A DNA stretch of 64,000 nt from Octopus sinensis (Eukaryota), in assembly GCF_006345805.1 (NCBI RefSeq), contig NC_043023.1, positions 10,478,001 through 10,542,000 on the forward strand, written 5' to 3'. The position numbers and the translations under genes are program-made. The number at the start of each line of letters is the position of its first letter. Within the stretch, counting starts at the first letter, position 1. This document shows positions 38,843 to 53,718 of this stretch, piece after piece. The notes under the pieces are model-generated. The model ran no database searches and was not told the origin of the DNA. It saw only the letters and a list, made by a program, of their open reading frames with translations.

Positions 38843-40296
38843 GATATAATTGTTACCTCAGTTACCTGCTAGAAGCAAAGTTGTTATTAACAGACTTAAT
38901 ATTGGGGGTGTGGGGGAGATTAGTATCAACCTCTGTTTTCGATGGATCTTTATTTTGATTCCGAAGCAATTAAAGGTAAAATTGACAGCGGCGGGATTTG
39001 AGCTCAGAACGTAAAAAACCACAAGAAATACTGCCCGGCGTAAATAGTTACTGTTAATTTTGGTACAACGCTAAGATTTCGTTTCGGTATTTCAAGCAAA
39101 CCATTACATGTTTTATATATTCCCCGTTTACACAATTTTTGTAACGGTTCTTTTTAGGGTCAGATATTCTTTGATTTCGTCTAAACTTATCGACTTTTCT
39201 CGATGAATTTCTACTTTTGTATCAAAACTGCTGGGGGAAAGACTATTCGGAGGATAAGGAGTGATATTAAATGGTGAGTAAAGTAATAATTTCATTTTGT
39301 TTTTATATTAGACTGATGAAATGAGTTCCAGGCATAAAAAACAAATAAGTTCTGGGGTCGATCCAGTCTCACTACAGATTCTTCAAGGCGATGCCCCAGC
39401 ATGATGGCAGTCTAATGACAGAAATAAGTAAAAGATAGTAATAATAAGAAGCAGAATTATAATTATATATATATATATACACACAGTTGCAAAGTGCCCC
39501 TCCTCCCCGTCCAAGGACGGTGATGAGTTGTCAAACATTTAAACCAAATTTTCTCAAGACAACTTGTCCGACCGCTCCATAGGCCTCCCCTTTGAGAAAC
39601 ACTGATTTAACCTAAATTAGGGACACCAGCAAAAGAAGAAATAAAGATAGACTTTTTTTCTATTCCAAAGAAAAACGATTTTATTCACACAAATATGCAA
39701 CCGAAGAGTTTAAAGTACCAGTAATTATAAGGCTGTTGACTGGGAGAACACAAACATGGTTTAAACAGTTCTTTTCATTAAAAAATAATTAAGCATGCCT
39801 ATATTTCAATAAAACTTTTGGTTTTGTTAAACAAAGTTAAGGCAAAGAAAAAAAAACTTCTTGAGAAACGAAATAGTCTTTCCTTCCTTCATGCCAAGTT
39901 TGAAGAAAATATCTCTTTTGCATCTTACTTTTTTGGTCTCTTAAATATACTGCATTTTGTGGCATTATTTCAAGCCAGCCGGCACAAACTGCATGTGCAT
40001 TTTTGTTGCGTACGTGTAGTATCGATCACAACAGCTGATGTACTTGCGCATATAAATGCACGTTCCCATGGCTTTATCGATCGCATTCTCACCTGGAATC
40101 GATTTTTGTAATTTTTTCAAGACTTATACACGTCCTGATACCTTCGGCATCTACATATCGAATTAGGCTGCAATCAGATTGAGGATGCCCGAGATACTAG
40201 AGGACACACAGACAGACAGAACAGATTTTATATTATAAATATATATACGTATATACATATGTGTATATATATATATATATATTAGAAAAAAAAACT

Positions 40297-40549
40297 ACCT
40301 TTTATCAATTCAAAATGAACAATTAAATTACACCATCTAGAAAATTACATATAATAGAAATATTAAAATTAAAATAACCATAAAATATCCATGATTAAGT
40401 AAATTGCAAAAAAATAATAAGAACATATCTAATGGGTAGAATAACGACACGTCATTGATATTTTATTGTTATTTTAATTTTAATAATTCTATTATATGTA
40501 ATTTTCTAGATGGTGTAATTTAATTGTTCATTTTGAATTGATAAAAGGT
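40297..40549. repeat. Inverted-repeat element, ~80-bp arms (MITE-like)
   Basis: accttttatcaattcaaaatgaacaattaaattacaccatctag... versus ...ctagatggtgtaatttaattgttcattttgaattgataaaaggt; paralogous copy at ~60620-60875. Confidence 0.7.
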
Positions 40550-42634
40550 GGGTTTTTTCTAATTTTTCATATATATATATATATATATATATATTGTGAA
40601 ATTTGATTTAGTATTTCTAAATTGAATTTTTTTCCTTGTGAGTTTGGATTTATATTCCCTCAAATAATTTTTATATGTATGTATATATATATATCATGGT
40701 GATCTGTATAAGGGGCATCTATACTGCTTTGCATAAAAGACACCCATACATGTACCATGTGAGAAGATCTCAACACAGTCTCTAAAGTGGTTGGCGTTAA
40801 GAAGAGTGTCCAGCTGTAGAAAGCAATCTAAATCAAGCAGGAACTGGGGGCAGCACCCCTGTTTGCCAGCCCAGGTCAAACCAACCAACCCAGGGAAGCA
40901 TGGTAAATGGACATTAAATGTAAAAAGCTGTGCCAAAACTGACCTTGCCTGTGATCTTGCCACTTAAAATGTAGTCAATACACTCTGTAGTATGGTTGGT
41001 GTTAGGAAGAGCATCCAGCTGTAAAAGCTGAGCCAAAACAGACACACAAGTCTGGGGCAGTCTTCTGACTGACCACCTCCTACCAAACCATCCAACAGAT
41101 ACTGGTATTGAAGGCAGACATTAAATGAAGGGGATCAGGAAACGAGAATCCTGGCAGTTTGCTGTGTTTGAAAAGACACATCAAGCTAAGTAAAAGCATG
41201 GTTGCCCTTGCATACAAGCTTGTCCCTTGCGACCCCCTCCAGCTGAGCATCCCTAATCCTGCAGGCTCATGGGTGCTGATACCACGTAAAAAGCACCCAG
41301 TGGTACTGCGTAATATCACCCAGTACATTGTGTAAAGGGTTTGTGTTAGAAAGGGCATCCAGCATAGAAACTATTTTAAGATAGAGATGGGGCCTGATCA
41401 GCCCTTCAGCTGGTTAGCTCTTTTCAAATCATCCAACCCATGCCAGTGTGTAAAATGGAATTTAAATGATGATGAAGTAATAATTTTAAATTTGTATATA
41501 GACATTGCAGTATGCCATTTAAAGCCTGCTCACTGTATTTGGCTATCTGATGTCATCAACAATATGGATTTAAATGACAATGGATTTACTGTAGGAATTC
41601 CTTCATGTCCATAGAGTTTAAACAATGAAAGGAAAGGAAATAGAATTTACAAGTCTATGATACTCTGTGATCATTGCAACCCATCATGCATCATTGCCTT
41701 GCAGGTGTGTCTTGTCAGGTGTGCTTTGTCAGGTGACTTGTCAAAAGGTACCACATAATTTAATTTCTGTTTTCCTTTTTTGGATTAGAATTCTTTCGGG
41801 TAGTTCGAATGTGTCAAGCATTTTTCAGTTCCCATCTACCACATCCTCTCACAAGGCTTTGTTTGGCCACTCTGGGACTGAACCCAGGACCATGTGGTTG
41901 GGAAGCCAACATCTTACCACACAACCATCCCTGCACTTCTATAGCCATGTCTATATAAAAATGTAGTAAAACTCTCACTGTTTTAATCTCTCTAATTCCG
42001 AATTATCTTGTATGTTTTACACTGTTGTTTCTCTTTCGTTTCAGATTATCAGATGACATCTGCTTCACAAGAGTTTTATATAAGCAACGTCATTAGAATG
42101 GAAAGTCTTTTGAAGACTGAGCAAAGATGTTATACAAAACACGTATAACCCTGTTTCTATAAATATTTACTGAATTACTGCAAAATATATCTTCTGAACT
42201 CTGACATATGTAGCAAAATTTCTCTTTATTGTCTGGAGTACACAGAAAATTATATTTGTATTTGAATTAATCCTTTAGCATTTGTACTGGCCATATCAGT
42301 CCCAAACGTTCAAGCTATTTTATGTTAAAACTGCCCACATCTGGCCTCTTATACTCACCTGGCAATGTCATATAAACATAAAGAATCACATCGTTGAAAT
42401 CTTAAAGCAATAAGATAATGAATGATTAATTCAGAAGAATTTGAATAAATAATCATTACATTCGACAGAGTAATCTGCGTGTTAATGAGAAGTAATTAAG
42501 AAGGCAGTTTGCAGCATCTTCAGATATTAACAAAGATCACTTTTGATGGAGATATATTAGTAGAAATATTTGATATGAGCAATATACGAGAAGAAGGAAA
42601 ACCTTTGTGTACTGTGACGAGAGAAAGGAAAATT

Positions 42635-43837
42635 ATGGAAAATGAATTATATCGGAGTGAAGTTGAATGTAAAAGAGAGTCTGAAGAAATTGATTTTTCT
42701 GATGAGGAGAAGAATGAAAAGGGCAAAACAGCATTTGATTGTGATATCTGTGGCAAGTCGTTCTCTCGGAAAGCTAAGTTAGTCATTCACGAACGTACTC
42801 ATACAGGAGAAAAACCATATCACTGTGAAATCTGTGGTAAATCTTTCTCTCGAAACGAAAACTTAACTAGGCACAAGAGTGGTGTTCACACTGGAGAAGC
42901 ACCATATCACTGTGAAATCTGTGACAAATCGTTTTCTCAAAACGATCACTTAACTATGCACAGGCGTGTTCATACAGGAGAAAAACCATATCACTGTGAA
43001 CTCTGTGGTAAATCTTTCTCTCGAAATGATACCTTAACCAAGCACAAGCGTGTTCATACAGGAGAAAAACCATATCACTGTGATATCTGTGGTAAAATAT
43101 TATCTCAGAAAGGTAGCTTAGTCACTCACCGACGTATTCATACAGGAGAGAAGTCATATCACTGTGATGTTTGTGGTAAATCATTTTTTGATATTCATCA
43201 TTTAACTACTCACAAACGCATTCATACAGGTGAGAAGCCATATCGCTGTGATATCTGTGATATATCATTCTCTCAAAGGTATAACTTAACTAGGCACAAA
43301 TACATTCATACAGGAGAAAAACCATATCACTGTGATATCTGTGGTAAATCCTTTTCTCTAAACGATAACTTAACCAAGCACAAGCGTGTTCATACAGGAG
43401 AAAAACCATATCACTGTGAAATCTGTGGTAAATCTTTTTCTCAAAACGATACCTTAACTATGCACAGGCGTGTTCATACAGGAGAAAAACCATATCACTG
43501 TGAAATCTGTGGTAAATCTTTCTCTCAAAACGGTACCTTAACCAAGCACAAGCATCTTCATACAGGAGAGGGACCATATCACTGTGAAATCTGTGGTAAA
43601 TCCTTTTCTCAAAACGATCACTTAACTATGCACAGGCGTGTTCATACAGGAGAAAAACCATATCACTGTGAAATCTGTGGTAAGTCTTTCTCTCGAAACG
43701 ATACCTTAACCAAGCACAAGCATGTTCATACAGGAGAAAAACCATATCACTGTGAAATCTGTGGTAAGTCTTTCTCTCGAAACGATACCTTAACCAAGCA
43801 CAAGCATGTTCATACAGACAGAGAACACATTTCATGA
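42635..43837 (+). CDS. C2H2 zinc-finger protein, locus G (13 fingers)
   Basis: ATG 42635 (alternative in-frame ATG 42575); 13 fingers; ends in-frame HTDREHIS*. Confidence 0.9.
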   Translation: MENELYRSEVECKRESEEIDFSDEEKNEKGKTAFDCDICGKSFSRKAKLVIHERTHTGEKPYHCEICGKSFSRNENLTRHKSGVHTGEAPYHCEICDKSFSQNDHLTMHRRVHTGEKPYHCELCGKSFSRNDTLTKHKRVHTGEKPYHCDICGKILSQKGSLVTHRRIHTGEKSYHCDVCGKSFFDIHHLTTHKRIHTGEKPYRCDICDISFSQRYNLTRHKYIHTGEKPYHCDICGKSFSLNDNLTKHKRVHTGEKPYHCEICGKSFSQNDTLTMHRRVHTGEKPYHCEICGKSFSQNGTLTKHKHLHTGEGPYHCEICGKSFSQNDHLTMHRRVHTGEKPYHCEICGKSFSRNDTLTKHKHVHTGEKPYHCEICGKSFSRNDTLTKHKHVHTDREHIS

Positions 43838-44469
43838 GGAATAGATTCATTTCCCAAGGTACAGACTTCGTTTATGAGTTTTATTTTTCAAGCACAACAT
43901 CCAAATTTTGAAAGACTCTACTACCATAACAAATGCATCTGTGTCTTACCAAGAAGTTTATAAAGAGCAAAGGAATGCTTCTCAGTAAAATGCTCTAGAC
44001 TTGTTTCTTGTGAATCAGTGGTCACGTCTACAAATGATGGTGTCCCTGAGTCTTTTCAAAGTGATTCAGAAAACAATTATAATAATAATATTTTATCTAT
44101 TCTAAATGATCTTGACATTGTTTTTGACTTTGCATAAAATATTCTTTACATTCTACTGTTGTTTTATTGTCATTTATTTACAAGTATTATAAATTTTATT
44201 GGTAAAATATTTTTCTAGGAATGAATTACAATTTATAACATTGCTTCTATTGGAAATTATTGCTTTGCTTTATGAGTTTTCACTTTAGGAGCAATCTCCA
44301 GGAAGAAATTAACTCATATATCAAGGCATTATTGTGTTTGACATTATTTTGGCACAAAGCCAACAATTTCAGGGAAGGAATAAGTTGAATAACCACATGG
44401 ATCAGCATGTGTGCTTTTTACATGAACTAGCACAAATGCTTCTTACAGGGAGTGGCATTGCATGATATA

Positions 44470-44869
44470 TCTATATATATAAAGCTGAAGTTGTCTGTGT
44501 GTGTGGCAGGTTTTGTAGCCTTCAACTAACACTTTCTCTCCCGAGACACTGTGGCGTATGTTGACCAAAATTGAGAGTATGATAAAAGAAAGCTTGCCCT
44601 TCCTTCCGTAGAAGAAAAAAATTCAAATCGCACCATGTCAACACCAAAAATTATTTAGATCAGAATGGTGCTTTTTTTACTATGAGAATCCCTAATTTTT
44701 ACGATTCTTTGACTGTTGTGTCGCCGTTTTTCGGTGTATTTCAACCAGAAAACTGTTCACTTTTACAGAATAACAAGCTACATAATGCAAGATTTTTACT
44801 TTTCGAAAATTCCAATTCTAAAGGGTCGAAAAGAAAATAAACCCGAGCAACGCTGGGCGATACTTCTAG
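44470..44869 (+). mobile_element. Non-autonomous Helitron (family 1)
   Basis: A|TC start; hairpin + CTAG|T end. Confidence 0.8.
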
Positions 44870-45493
44870 TATATATATGAAGCTGTGTAACTTCTCATAT
44901 ATATTTGAAGGTGCATGGCTCAATCGTGAGTTCAATTTCCATTCATCTTCATTACATTGAACAATGTTAAAGGGTCAAAGTGAAATGCAGCCACATTTTC
45001 TCTACAAAACTACTTTAAAACGTTTTCCAATGGCTGAATGACGAAACGTATTAATCTGGTTTCTGCCCTAAATATTCTGGTAAAGTAAGGATGCATCTTG
45101 TACACCAGCAAATACTCAGTGAAGTGCAAGTTAATTCATAATTAGTCAACGCCGTTGCCAAACACTGAAGAATCTTGTTTAATAATTTGGCTAATTTAGT
45201 GAAATTCAAAAGTTACTCCAATACTGATTCGGTGTAAGGAATGGAAACCTACTTATTTCCCCTTTAATTTCTATTTACTTTCTTAAATCTCCCATACTGA
45301 AGGATTATGCTTATTAGAGCCATGCTATCCATGCCAACCGTGTACAATTACTAACATTTTCTCACACTAAACCATCCCTCTTACTAAAAATATCCTTCTT
45401 CTAGAGGATGGGGTTTAGTCAACTGGTACTTATTTTATCGACCCCGAAACGATGAAAGGCACAATCGACCATGGTGGAATTTGAACTGGGAAC

Positions 45494-45710
45494 TGTGGGA
45501 TGACGTCAGCGGCTAGGAAGCTGACCGGAAGAGGAAGGGTGCGTAAAGGGTTGGGGCGATTGCGCCCTTTTCGATCGGGGAAGTTGTGAGTGCATGACGT
45601 GTCAGTGCTTCGACCAGATGAGGGATAGCATCTGCTATTTTTAGCGTTTCGGGACGGGCCACGTGGAAGGGTACATTACCATCTGACAGATATGGGTCAA
45701 CGAAGAGGAG
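45494..45710 (+). promoter_or_regulatory. Putative promoter/exon 1 of locus H (inside antisense SINE)
   Basis: CRE 45501-45508, ETS 45525-45531; first donor lost (GT>AT at 45618), second donor GAG|GTACGT 45710/1. Confidence 0.6.
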
Positions 45711-46850
45711 GTACGTGTCTTACTTCTAATCTCCCGCATTCACTACGAACGTAGCGTCGGTCGAAATAGCGGTTAGCATTTCGTCCGGCGTGCTAACGAT
45801 CCTGCCAGCTCGCCGCCCTGCAAAATACGTTAGATGCTTTGGGCAGATAGGTTGTCCAAGCGGTCACCCATCTAAGTACCCTACAGGCTGGACATTGCTT
45901 CACTTCGGTGATCAGGCGAGACAAGGTGCAATCAGCATTATATGGCTGTAATAACAATATTAACAGTTTCAAAACATTCGCATTTTCTGAAGGTGGTAAA
46001 GTAGAGTTTGGTCAGTCGCTCGTACAAGTTATTCTCCTTGATATAATTATTTCTTCAGTTATCTGCTAGGAGCAAAGTTTTTATTAAAAGGCCTACTGAT
46101 GGTGGTTTGTGGGACTTAGTCTCTACCATCGACCTCTGGTATTGGCTGGGTCTTTATTTTATTCATCCCAAATCAATGAAAGGTAAAATTGACATCGTTG
46201 GGATTTCGTTTCGGTAATTAAAGCAAACCAATGTATGTTTTATACATTCCCCTTTTTTATAAGTTTTTGTCAGTGATATTTCTGGTGTCAGATATTCTTT
46301 GATCTCGTCTGAAATTAATGATTTTTCTGGATGAATTTCTACTTTTGTATCAAAACTGAAGGGGAAAGGACTATTTCGAAGATAACGAGTGAGATTAAAT
46401 TGTGAGTGAAGTAATAATTTCTTCTTATTTTATATTAAATTCGTTTTCTCTTTGTACAAACCTGTTTTGTGGGAAATCTTAACAATATTCAAGATTTCTT
46501 TACATTTTCCCGATCATAAATGCTATTTGTAAACCTGCTGAAATTATGAAGATTAAGTTATTTATAGAAAAATATGTTTTTATGAAATTTGCTACAAATA
46601 CCATTCAGAATGTGTATATTAGAATTCTATCGGAATTTAATATGAAAATATAAATTTGGTGGGCTCGTACACATGACAGTTAAAATTTTTAAAGAAATTC
46701 TGGATTTGTCTCAGTATGTATGTGTATTTGTGTCTTTGTGTTAGTGTTTCTTCCCCTCCCATTCCCGCTTAACAAACGGTGTTGGTATATTTACATCCCT
46801 GGAACTTTCGGCAGCAGACTGATAAAATGAGTGCCAGGCATAAAAAACAA

Positions 46851-46908
<58 letters not shown>

Positions 46909-47129
46909 TGGTGATCTATGTAAAGGGCATCTATACTGCTCTGCATAAAAAGCTCCCATACAAGGACCATGTGAGAAGATCTCAATACAATCTCTAAAGT
47001 GGTGGGCATTAAGAAGAGTGTCCAGCTGTAGAAAGCAATCTAAATCAGGCAGGAACTGGGGGCAGCACTCCTGTTTGCCAGCACAGGTCAAACCAACCAA
47101 CCCAGCGAAGCATGGTAAATGGACATTAA

Positions 47130-48170
47130 CCCTTTCCTTACTATATTTCTGACTAAAATACACCCCTCATGAGTTTCAATTAAATTCTAAAATAATCATG
47201 AATCTAGGCTTGTTTCATTAAATAACTGTAACTTTTTTACTTATCAACATCTTAATGTGATATTTGGAACATAATTAAAGAATGGGTTCTTAATCAATTC
47301 TACTGCATAACTTTTGTCTCAAAGTGACTTTAATTACAGGTAAATTGAGCAAAAGTTAAAAATATTAAAATTTTAAATTGAGCAAATGGTAAAAATATTA
47401 AAATTTTGTTTAAATATCACCATAGAAAATGAATCATCAGCTAATATTCAAATGGGTATGCAACAAAATTTTGATAAAGAAGAATTGTGCACATCACTAT
47501 ATCATCAGTTGAATTTAATGCACAACAGGTGTACCATAAAGGTGGAAGAAACTGAAATATTGGAATCCACCGTATGTTTGACCGAACTAAAGAAATCGGT
47601 CAAAATATAATATACAGCCCTGGTTATGGTAAGGAAGTGATAAATTCCAGACCACATCGTTCCATAGGCCACGCCGACTAACATTATTTTCCCTGTATAA
47701 AAACTAAATCCACGCAGTACCCAGTATTTGCTTCACAAATTTTCCCAAATTTGAACCCCCATTTTGTGTTTGTTTCCACATTGATCGCTTCAAACAATAA
47801 CTTCCAGACCACATCATACCCTAAGCCATGCTGACTAACATTAGTTTCCTTGTATAAAAACTAAATCCACAACAGTACCCAGTATTTGTTTCACAAATTT
47901 TCCAATTCGGAATCAATGCTTGATAACGTGAAACTCCTATCTATTTTCAAAGTTGAAGAAAAATCGATGCAGAAAAAATGTGGAAAAAAATCTCCCAAAA
48001 TTCAGGGAATTAAAATTACACATCGATCATTGTACAAAACTGTAGATGAACAGTTTAGGAAGTATAATCACGTATTTTCACGAATGTACTAAAGAGATTT
48101 GCTCTGATATTCTCATTTAAAAATGAATAGGTAAATTCGGGCGGCTTTGGTCGGTTTGGTAACGAAAGGG
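47130..48170. mobile_element. Non-autonomous piggyBac-type element with TTAA duplication
   Basis: ggaca-TTAA|CCCTTTCCTTAC ... GTAACGAAAGGG|TTAA-atgtaaaaag; empty site ggacaTTAAatgtaaaaag at ~40915. Confidence 0.9.
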
Positions 48171-48764
48171 TTAAATGTAAAAAGCTGTGCCAAAACTGAC
48201 CTTGCCTGTGATCTTTCCACTTGAAATGTACTCAATACCCTCTGTAGTATGGTTGGTGTTAGGAAGAGCATCCAGCTGTAAAAGCTGAGCCAAAACAGAC
48301 ACACAAGCCTGGGGCAGTCTTCTGACTGACCACTTCCTACCAAACCATCCAGCAGATACTGGTATTGAAGGGGACATTAAATGAAGGGGATCAGGAAACG
48401 AGAATCCTGGCAGTTTGCTGTGTTTGAAAAGACACAGCAAGCTAAGTAAAAGCATGGTTGCCCTTGCATACAAGCTTGTCCCTTGCAACCCCCTCCAGCT
48501 GAGCATCCCTAATCCTGCAGGCTCATGGGTGCTGATACCACGTAAAAAGCACCCAGTGGTACTGCGTAATATCACCCAGTACATTCTGTAAAGGGTTTGT
48601 GTTAGAAAGGGCATCCAGCCATAGAAACTATTTTAAGATAGAGATGGAGCCTGATCTGCCCTTCAGCTGGTTAGCTCCTTTCAAATCATCCAACCCATGC
48701 CAGTGTGTAAAATGGAATTTAAATGATGATGAAGTAATAATTTTAAATTTATATATACACCTTA

Positions 48765-49041
<277 letters not shown>

Positions 49042-50338
49042 TAGCCTTCCCACTGTATTTGGCTATCTGATGTCATCTACAGTATGGATATAAATGACAC
49101 TGGATTTATTTGAGGAATTCCTTCATGTCAGTAGAGTTTAAAACATGAGAGAAAGAGAAAGAAAATAGAATTTCCAAGACTAGTATTCACTATGATTGTT
49201 TCAACCCATCGTGCATCTGTGCCTCGCAGGTGAGATTCTGTACGAACAGTTGTGGGGCATCCTTTGATGCAGACATGTCCCATCAGGTGACTTATCAAAT
49301 GGTTCCTCGTATTTAAATTTCTGTTTTGCTTATTTCGATAAGATTTCGTTTTGGTATTTGGGACAAGTCAAGCTTCTTTCAGTTTCCATCAAACATGGCT
49401 TTGATTGGCCACTCTGGGACTGAACCCAGGACCATGTGGTTGGGAAGCCAACTTCTTACCACACAACCATCCCTGCACTTCTACAGCCATGTCTATGTAA
49501 AAATGTAGTAAGACTTTCACTGCTTTAATCTCTCTAATCCCTAATTATCTTGTATATTTTACACTGTTGTTTCTCTTTCGTTTCAGATTATCAGATGACA
49601 TCTGCTTCACAGGATTTTTACATAAGCAACGTCATTAGAATGGAAAGTCTTTTGAAGACCGAGCAAAGATGTTATACAAAACACATATAACCCTGTTTCT
49701 ATAAATATTTACTGAATTACTGCAAAATATATCTTCTGAACTCTGACATATATGTTATGAAATTTCTCTTCTTTATTGTCTGGAATACACAGAAAATTAT
49801 ATTTGCATATTAATTAATCATTTAGCATTTAAACTAGCACAAATATTGTGACCTCTCACACTCACCTTGCAGTGTCAATTTAAACATAAACAATCAAATC
49901 ACTGAAGTCTCAGAGCTATGAGATAATCCATGATTAATTCAAAACAATATGAATAAATAAGCATTACATTTCACAAAGGAATCTCAATGCTAAACGGTTA
50001 AACTGGCCATATTTTTGTGTGTTTTATGTTCATACTAGCCAGATCCCACCCCTCACACCCACCCTACAAGGTCATTCTAAAAATAAACAATCACTACATT
50101 GAAATCTGAACATGATAACATAATGAATGATTAATTCAGAAGAATTTCAATAAACATTATATTTGACAGAGTAATCTGAATGTTAATGAGTTAAAGCAAT
50201 TAAGAAGGCAGGTTGCAGCATCTTCAGATATTAACAAAGATCACTTTTGATGGAGATATATCAGTAGAAATATTTGTTCAGAGCAATATACGAGAAGAAA
50301 GAAAACCTTTGTGTACTGTGACGAGAGAAAGGAAAATT

Positions 50339-51820
50339 ATGGAAAATGAATTACGTAGGAGTGAAGTTGAATGTAAAAGAGAGTCTGAAGAAATTGTTTT
50401 TTCTGATGAGAAGAACAAAAAGGGCAAAACATCATTTGATTGTCATATCTGTGGCAAGTCGTTCTCTTGGAAAGCTAACTTAGTCATTCACGAACGTACT
50501 CATACAGGAGAAAAACCATATCACTGTGAAATCTGTGGTAAGTCTTTCTCTCGAAACGATCACTTAACTAGGCACAAGCATGTTCATACAGGAGAAAAGC
50601 CATATCAGTGTGATATCTGTGATAAATCCTTCTCTCAAACCGATCACTTAACCAAGCACATACGCATCCATACAGGTGAGAAGCCATACCACTGTGATAT
50701 CTGTGGTATATCATTCTCTACATGCAGTGTATTAGCTACTCACAGGCATTTTCATAGTGGAGGGATACCGTATAGCTGTGAATTCTGTGGTAAATCCTTT
50801 TCTCGAAACGGTCACTTAACTAGGCACAAAAGTAGTGTTCACACTGGAGAAGCACCATATCACTGTGAAATCTGTGACAAATCTTTCTCTCGAAACGATA
50901 ACTTAACCATGCACAGGCGTGTTCATACAGGACAAAAACCATATCACTGTGAAATCTGTGGTAAAACTTTCTCTCGAAACGATTGCTTAGCCAAGCACAA
51001 ACGTGTTCATACAGGGGAACAACCATATCACTGTGAAATCTGTGGTAAATCTTTCTCTCGAAACGAATGCTTAACCAAGCACAAGCAGGTTCATACAGGA
51101 GAAAAACCATACCACTGTGAAATCTGTGGTAAATCTTTCTCTCGAAACGAATGCTTCACCAAGCACAAGCAGGTTCATACAGGAGAAAAACCATATCACT
51201 GTGAAATCTGTGGGAAATCCTTTTCTCAAAATGATCACGTAACTATGCACAAGCGTGTTCATAGAGGAGAAAAGCCATATCACTGTGATATCTGTGATAA
51301 ATCCTTTTCTCAAAACGATTCCTTAATCAAGCACAAGCATGTTCATACAGGAGAAAAACCATATCACTGTGAAATCTGTGGTAAATCTTTCTCTCGAAAC
51401 GATTCCTTAACAAAGCACAAGCATGTTCATACAGGAGAAAAACCATATCACTGTGAAATCTGTGGTAAATCTTTCTCTCTAAATCATTCCTTAACCAAGC
51501 ACAGGCGTGTTCATACAGGAGAGAAACCATATCACTGTGATATCTGTGATAAATCCTTCTCTCGAAGTGATAGCTTGACTACGCACATACGCATCCATAC
51601 AGGTGAGAAGCCATACCATTGTGATATCTGTGGTAAATCCTTTTCTCAAAACGAACACATAACTAGGCACAAGATTAGTGTTCATACAGGAGAAGTACCA
51701 TATCACTGTGAAATCTGTGGTAAATCTTTCTCTCGAAATGATACCTTAACCCAGCATAAGCGTGTTCATACAGGAGAAAAACCATATCATTGTGATATCT
51801 CTGGTAAATCATTTTCTTAA
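50339..51820 (+). CDS. C2H2 zinc-finger protein, locus H (16 fingers)
   Basis: ATG 50339; 16 fingers; ends CDISGKSFS*. Confidence 0.9.
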   Translation: MENELRRSEVECKRESEEIVFSDEKNKKGKTSFDCHICGKSFSWKANLVIHERTHTGEKPYHCEICGKSFSRNDHLTRHKHVHTGEKPYQCDICDKSFSQTDHLTKHIRIHTGEKPYHCDICGISFSTCSVLATHRHFHSGGIPYSCEFCGKSFSRNGHLTRHKSSVHTGEAPYHCEICDKSFSRNDNLTMHRRVHTGQKPYHCEICGKTFSRNDCLAKHKRVHTGEQPYHCEICGKSFSRNECLTKHKQVHTGEKPYHCEICGKSFSRNECFTKHKQVHTGEKPYHCEICGKSFSQNDHVTMHKRVHRGEKPYHCDICDKSFSQNDSLIKHKHVHTGEKPYHCEICGKSFSRNDSLTKHKHVHTGEKPYHCEICGKSFSLNHSLTKHRRVHTGEKPYHCDICDKSFSRSDSLTTHIRIHTGEKPYHCDICGKSFSQNEHITRHKISVHTGEVPYHCEICGKSFSRNDTLTQHKRVHTGEKPYHCDISGKSFS

Positions 51821-52383
51821 AATAGTCAGCTGCTTAATCACTGATACATTTATACAGGGTGTAAAAAACCATATCACTGCGAAATCTGTTTAAATCATTC
51901 TTTCAAAATAAAGGCGTGACTAATCACAGACGCATTCATACAGGAGAGAAGCTGTAGCAATGTCATATCTGTGGTAAATTATTTTATGAAAATAGAATCT
52001 TAACTAATCAGATACATAATCACACAGATGAGAAGTCATATCATTGCGGTGTCTGTGGTAAGTCATTCTCTGATGGACCCAGGTTAATTGTTCGCAAATA
52101 CATTCATTCAAGTGTGAAACCATATCACTGTGAAATCTGTGGTAAATCCTTCTCTGAAAATGGTCGCGTAACTATTCACATACGCATTCATACAGGAGAG
52201 AAGCCATATCACTGTGATATCTGTGGTAAATCATTCTCTACATGGAGTGCCTTATTTAAACACAAATACATTCATACAGGAGAAAAGCCATATCATTGTG
52301 AAATCTGTGGTAAATCTTTCTCTCGAAACGATCACTTAACCAAGCACAAGCATGTTCATACAGACAGAGAACACATTTCATGA
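51821..52383 (+). pseudogene. Long dead zinc-finger tail of locus H
   Basis: Stops and frameshifts, then three intact-looking fingers (ENGR, TWSA, RNDH) ending HTDREHIS* with no ATG of their own. Confidence 0.85.
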
Positions 52384-53014
52384 GGAATAGATTCATTTCC
52401 CAAGTTACAGACATTGTTTATGAGTTTTATTTTTCAAGCACAACATCCAAATTTTGAAAGTTTCTACTACCATAACAAATGCATCTGTGTCTTACCAAGA
52501 AGTTTATAAAGAGCAAAGGAATGCTTCTCAGTAAACAACTCTAGACTTGTTTCTTGTGAATCAGTGGTCACGTCTACAAATGATGGTGTCCCTGAGTCTT
52601 TTCAAAGTGATTCAGAAAACAATTATAATAATAATATTTTATCTATTCTAAATGATCTTGACATTGTTTTTGACTTTACATAAAATATTCTTTACATTCT
52701 ACTGTTGTTTTATTGTCATTTATTTACAAGTATTATAATTTTATTGGTAAATATTTTTCTAGCAATGAATTACAATTTATAACATTGCTTCTATGGGAAA
52801 TTATTGCTTTGCTTTATGAGTTTTCACTTTAGGAGCAATCTCCAGTAAGAAATTAACTCATATATCAAGGCATTATTGTATCTGACATTATTTTTGGCAC
52901 AAGGCCAGCAATTTCAGGGGAAGGAGTAAGTGAATAACCACATGGATCAGCATGTGTGCTTTTTACATGAACTAGCACAAATGCTTCTTACAGGGAGTGG
53001 CATTACACGATATA

Positions 53015-53390
53015 TCTATATATATAAAGCTGAAGTTGTCTGTGTGTGTGTGTGGCAGGTTTTGCAGCCTTCAACTAACACTATCTCCTCCGAGACCCTG
53101 CGGTGCAAGTTGAACAAAACTGAGAGTATGATAAAAGAAGGCTTGCTCTTCCGTACTTAGAAGAAAAAATTCAAATAGGACTAAGTTAACACCAAAATTT
53201 ATTTCCATCAAAAAGGTGCTTTTTTCTTCTATGAAATCCCTATATATTATGATTCTTTGACTGCTGTGTTGCCATTTTTTTTTGGTGTATTTCAACCAGA
53301 AAAACTGTTCACTTTCCTAGATAATGCAAAATTTTCAAAACTTCCAATTCTAAGGGTCAGAAAAAAAAACACCCGAGCAAGCCGTCGATA
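53015..53390 (+). mobile_element. Non-autonomous Helitron (family 1), F-type truncated end
   Basis: A|TC start; decayed hairpin acccgagcaagccgtcg runs into (TA)n; shares diagnostic sequence with the 33604 copy. Confidence 0.65.
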
Positions 53391-53397
53391 TATATAT

Positions 53398-53525
<128 letters not shown>

Positions 53526-53600
53526 CTATATATATATATAGATATACACATATACATATATATATATCATATAACTATATATATATATAATATCTACATA

Positions 53601-53638
<38 letters not shown>

Positions 53639-53718
53639 CATATAATATATATATATACATATATATATAATATATATACATATATATTATACATATATAT
53701 TTATATATATATATATAA

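Noticed and set aside
52114-52383. Separate 3-finger gene
   Set aside because: GTG start inside the dead tail of H; no leader or acceptor evident.
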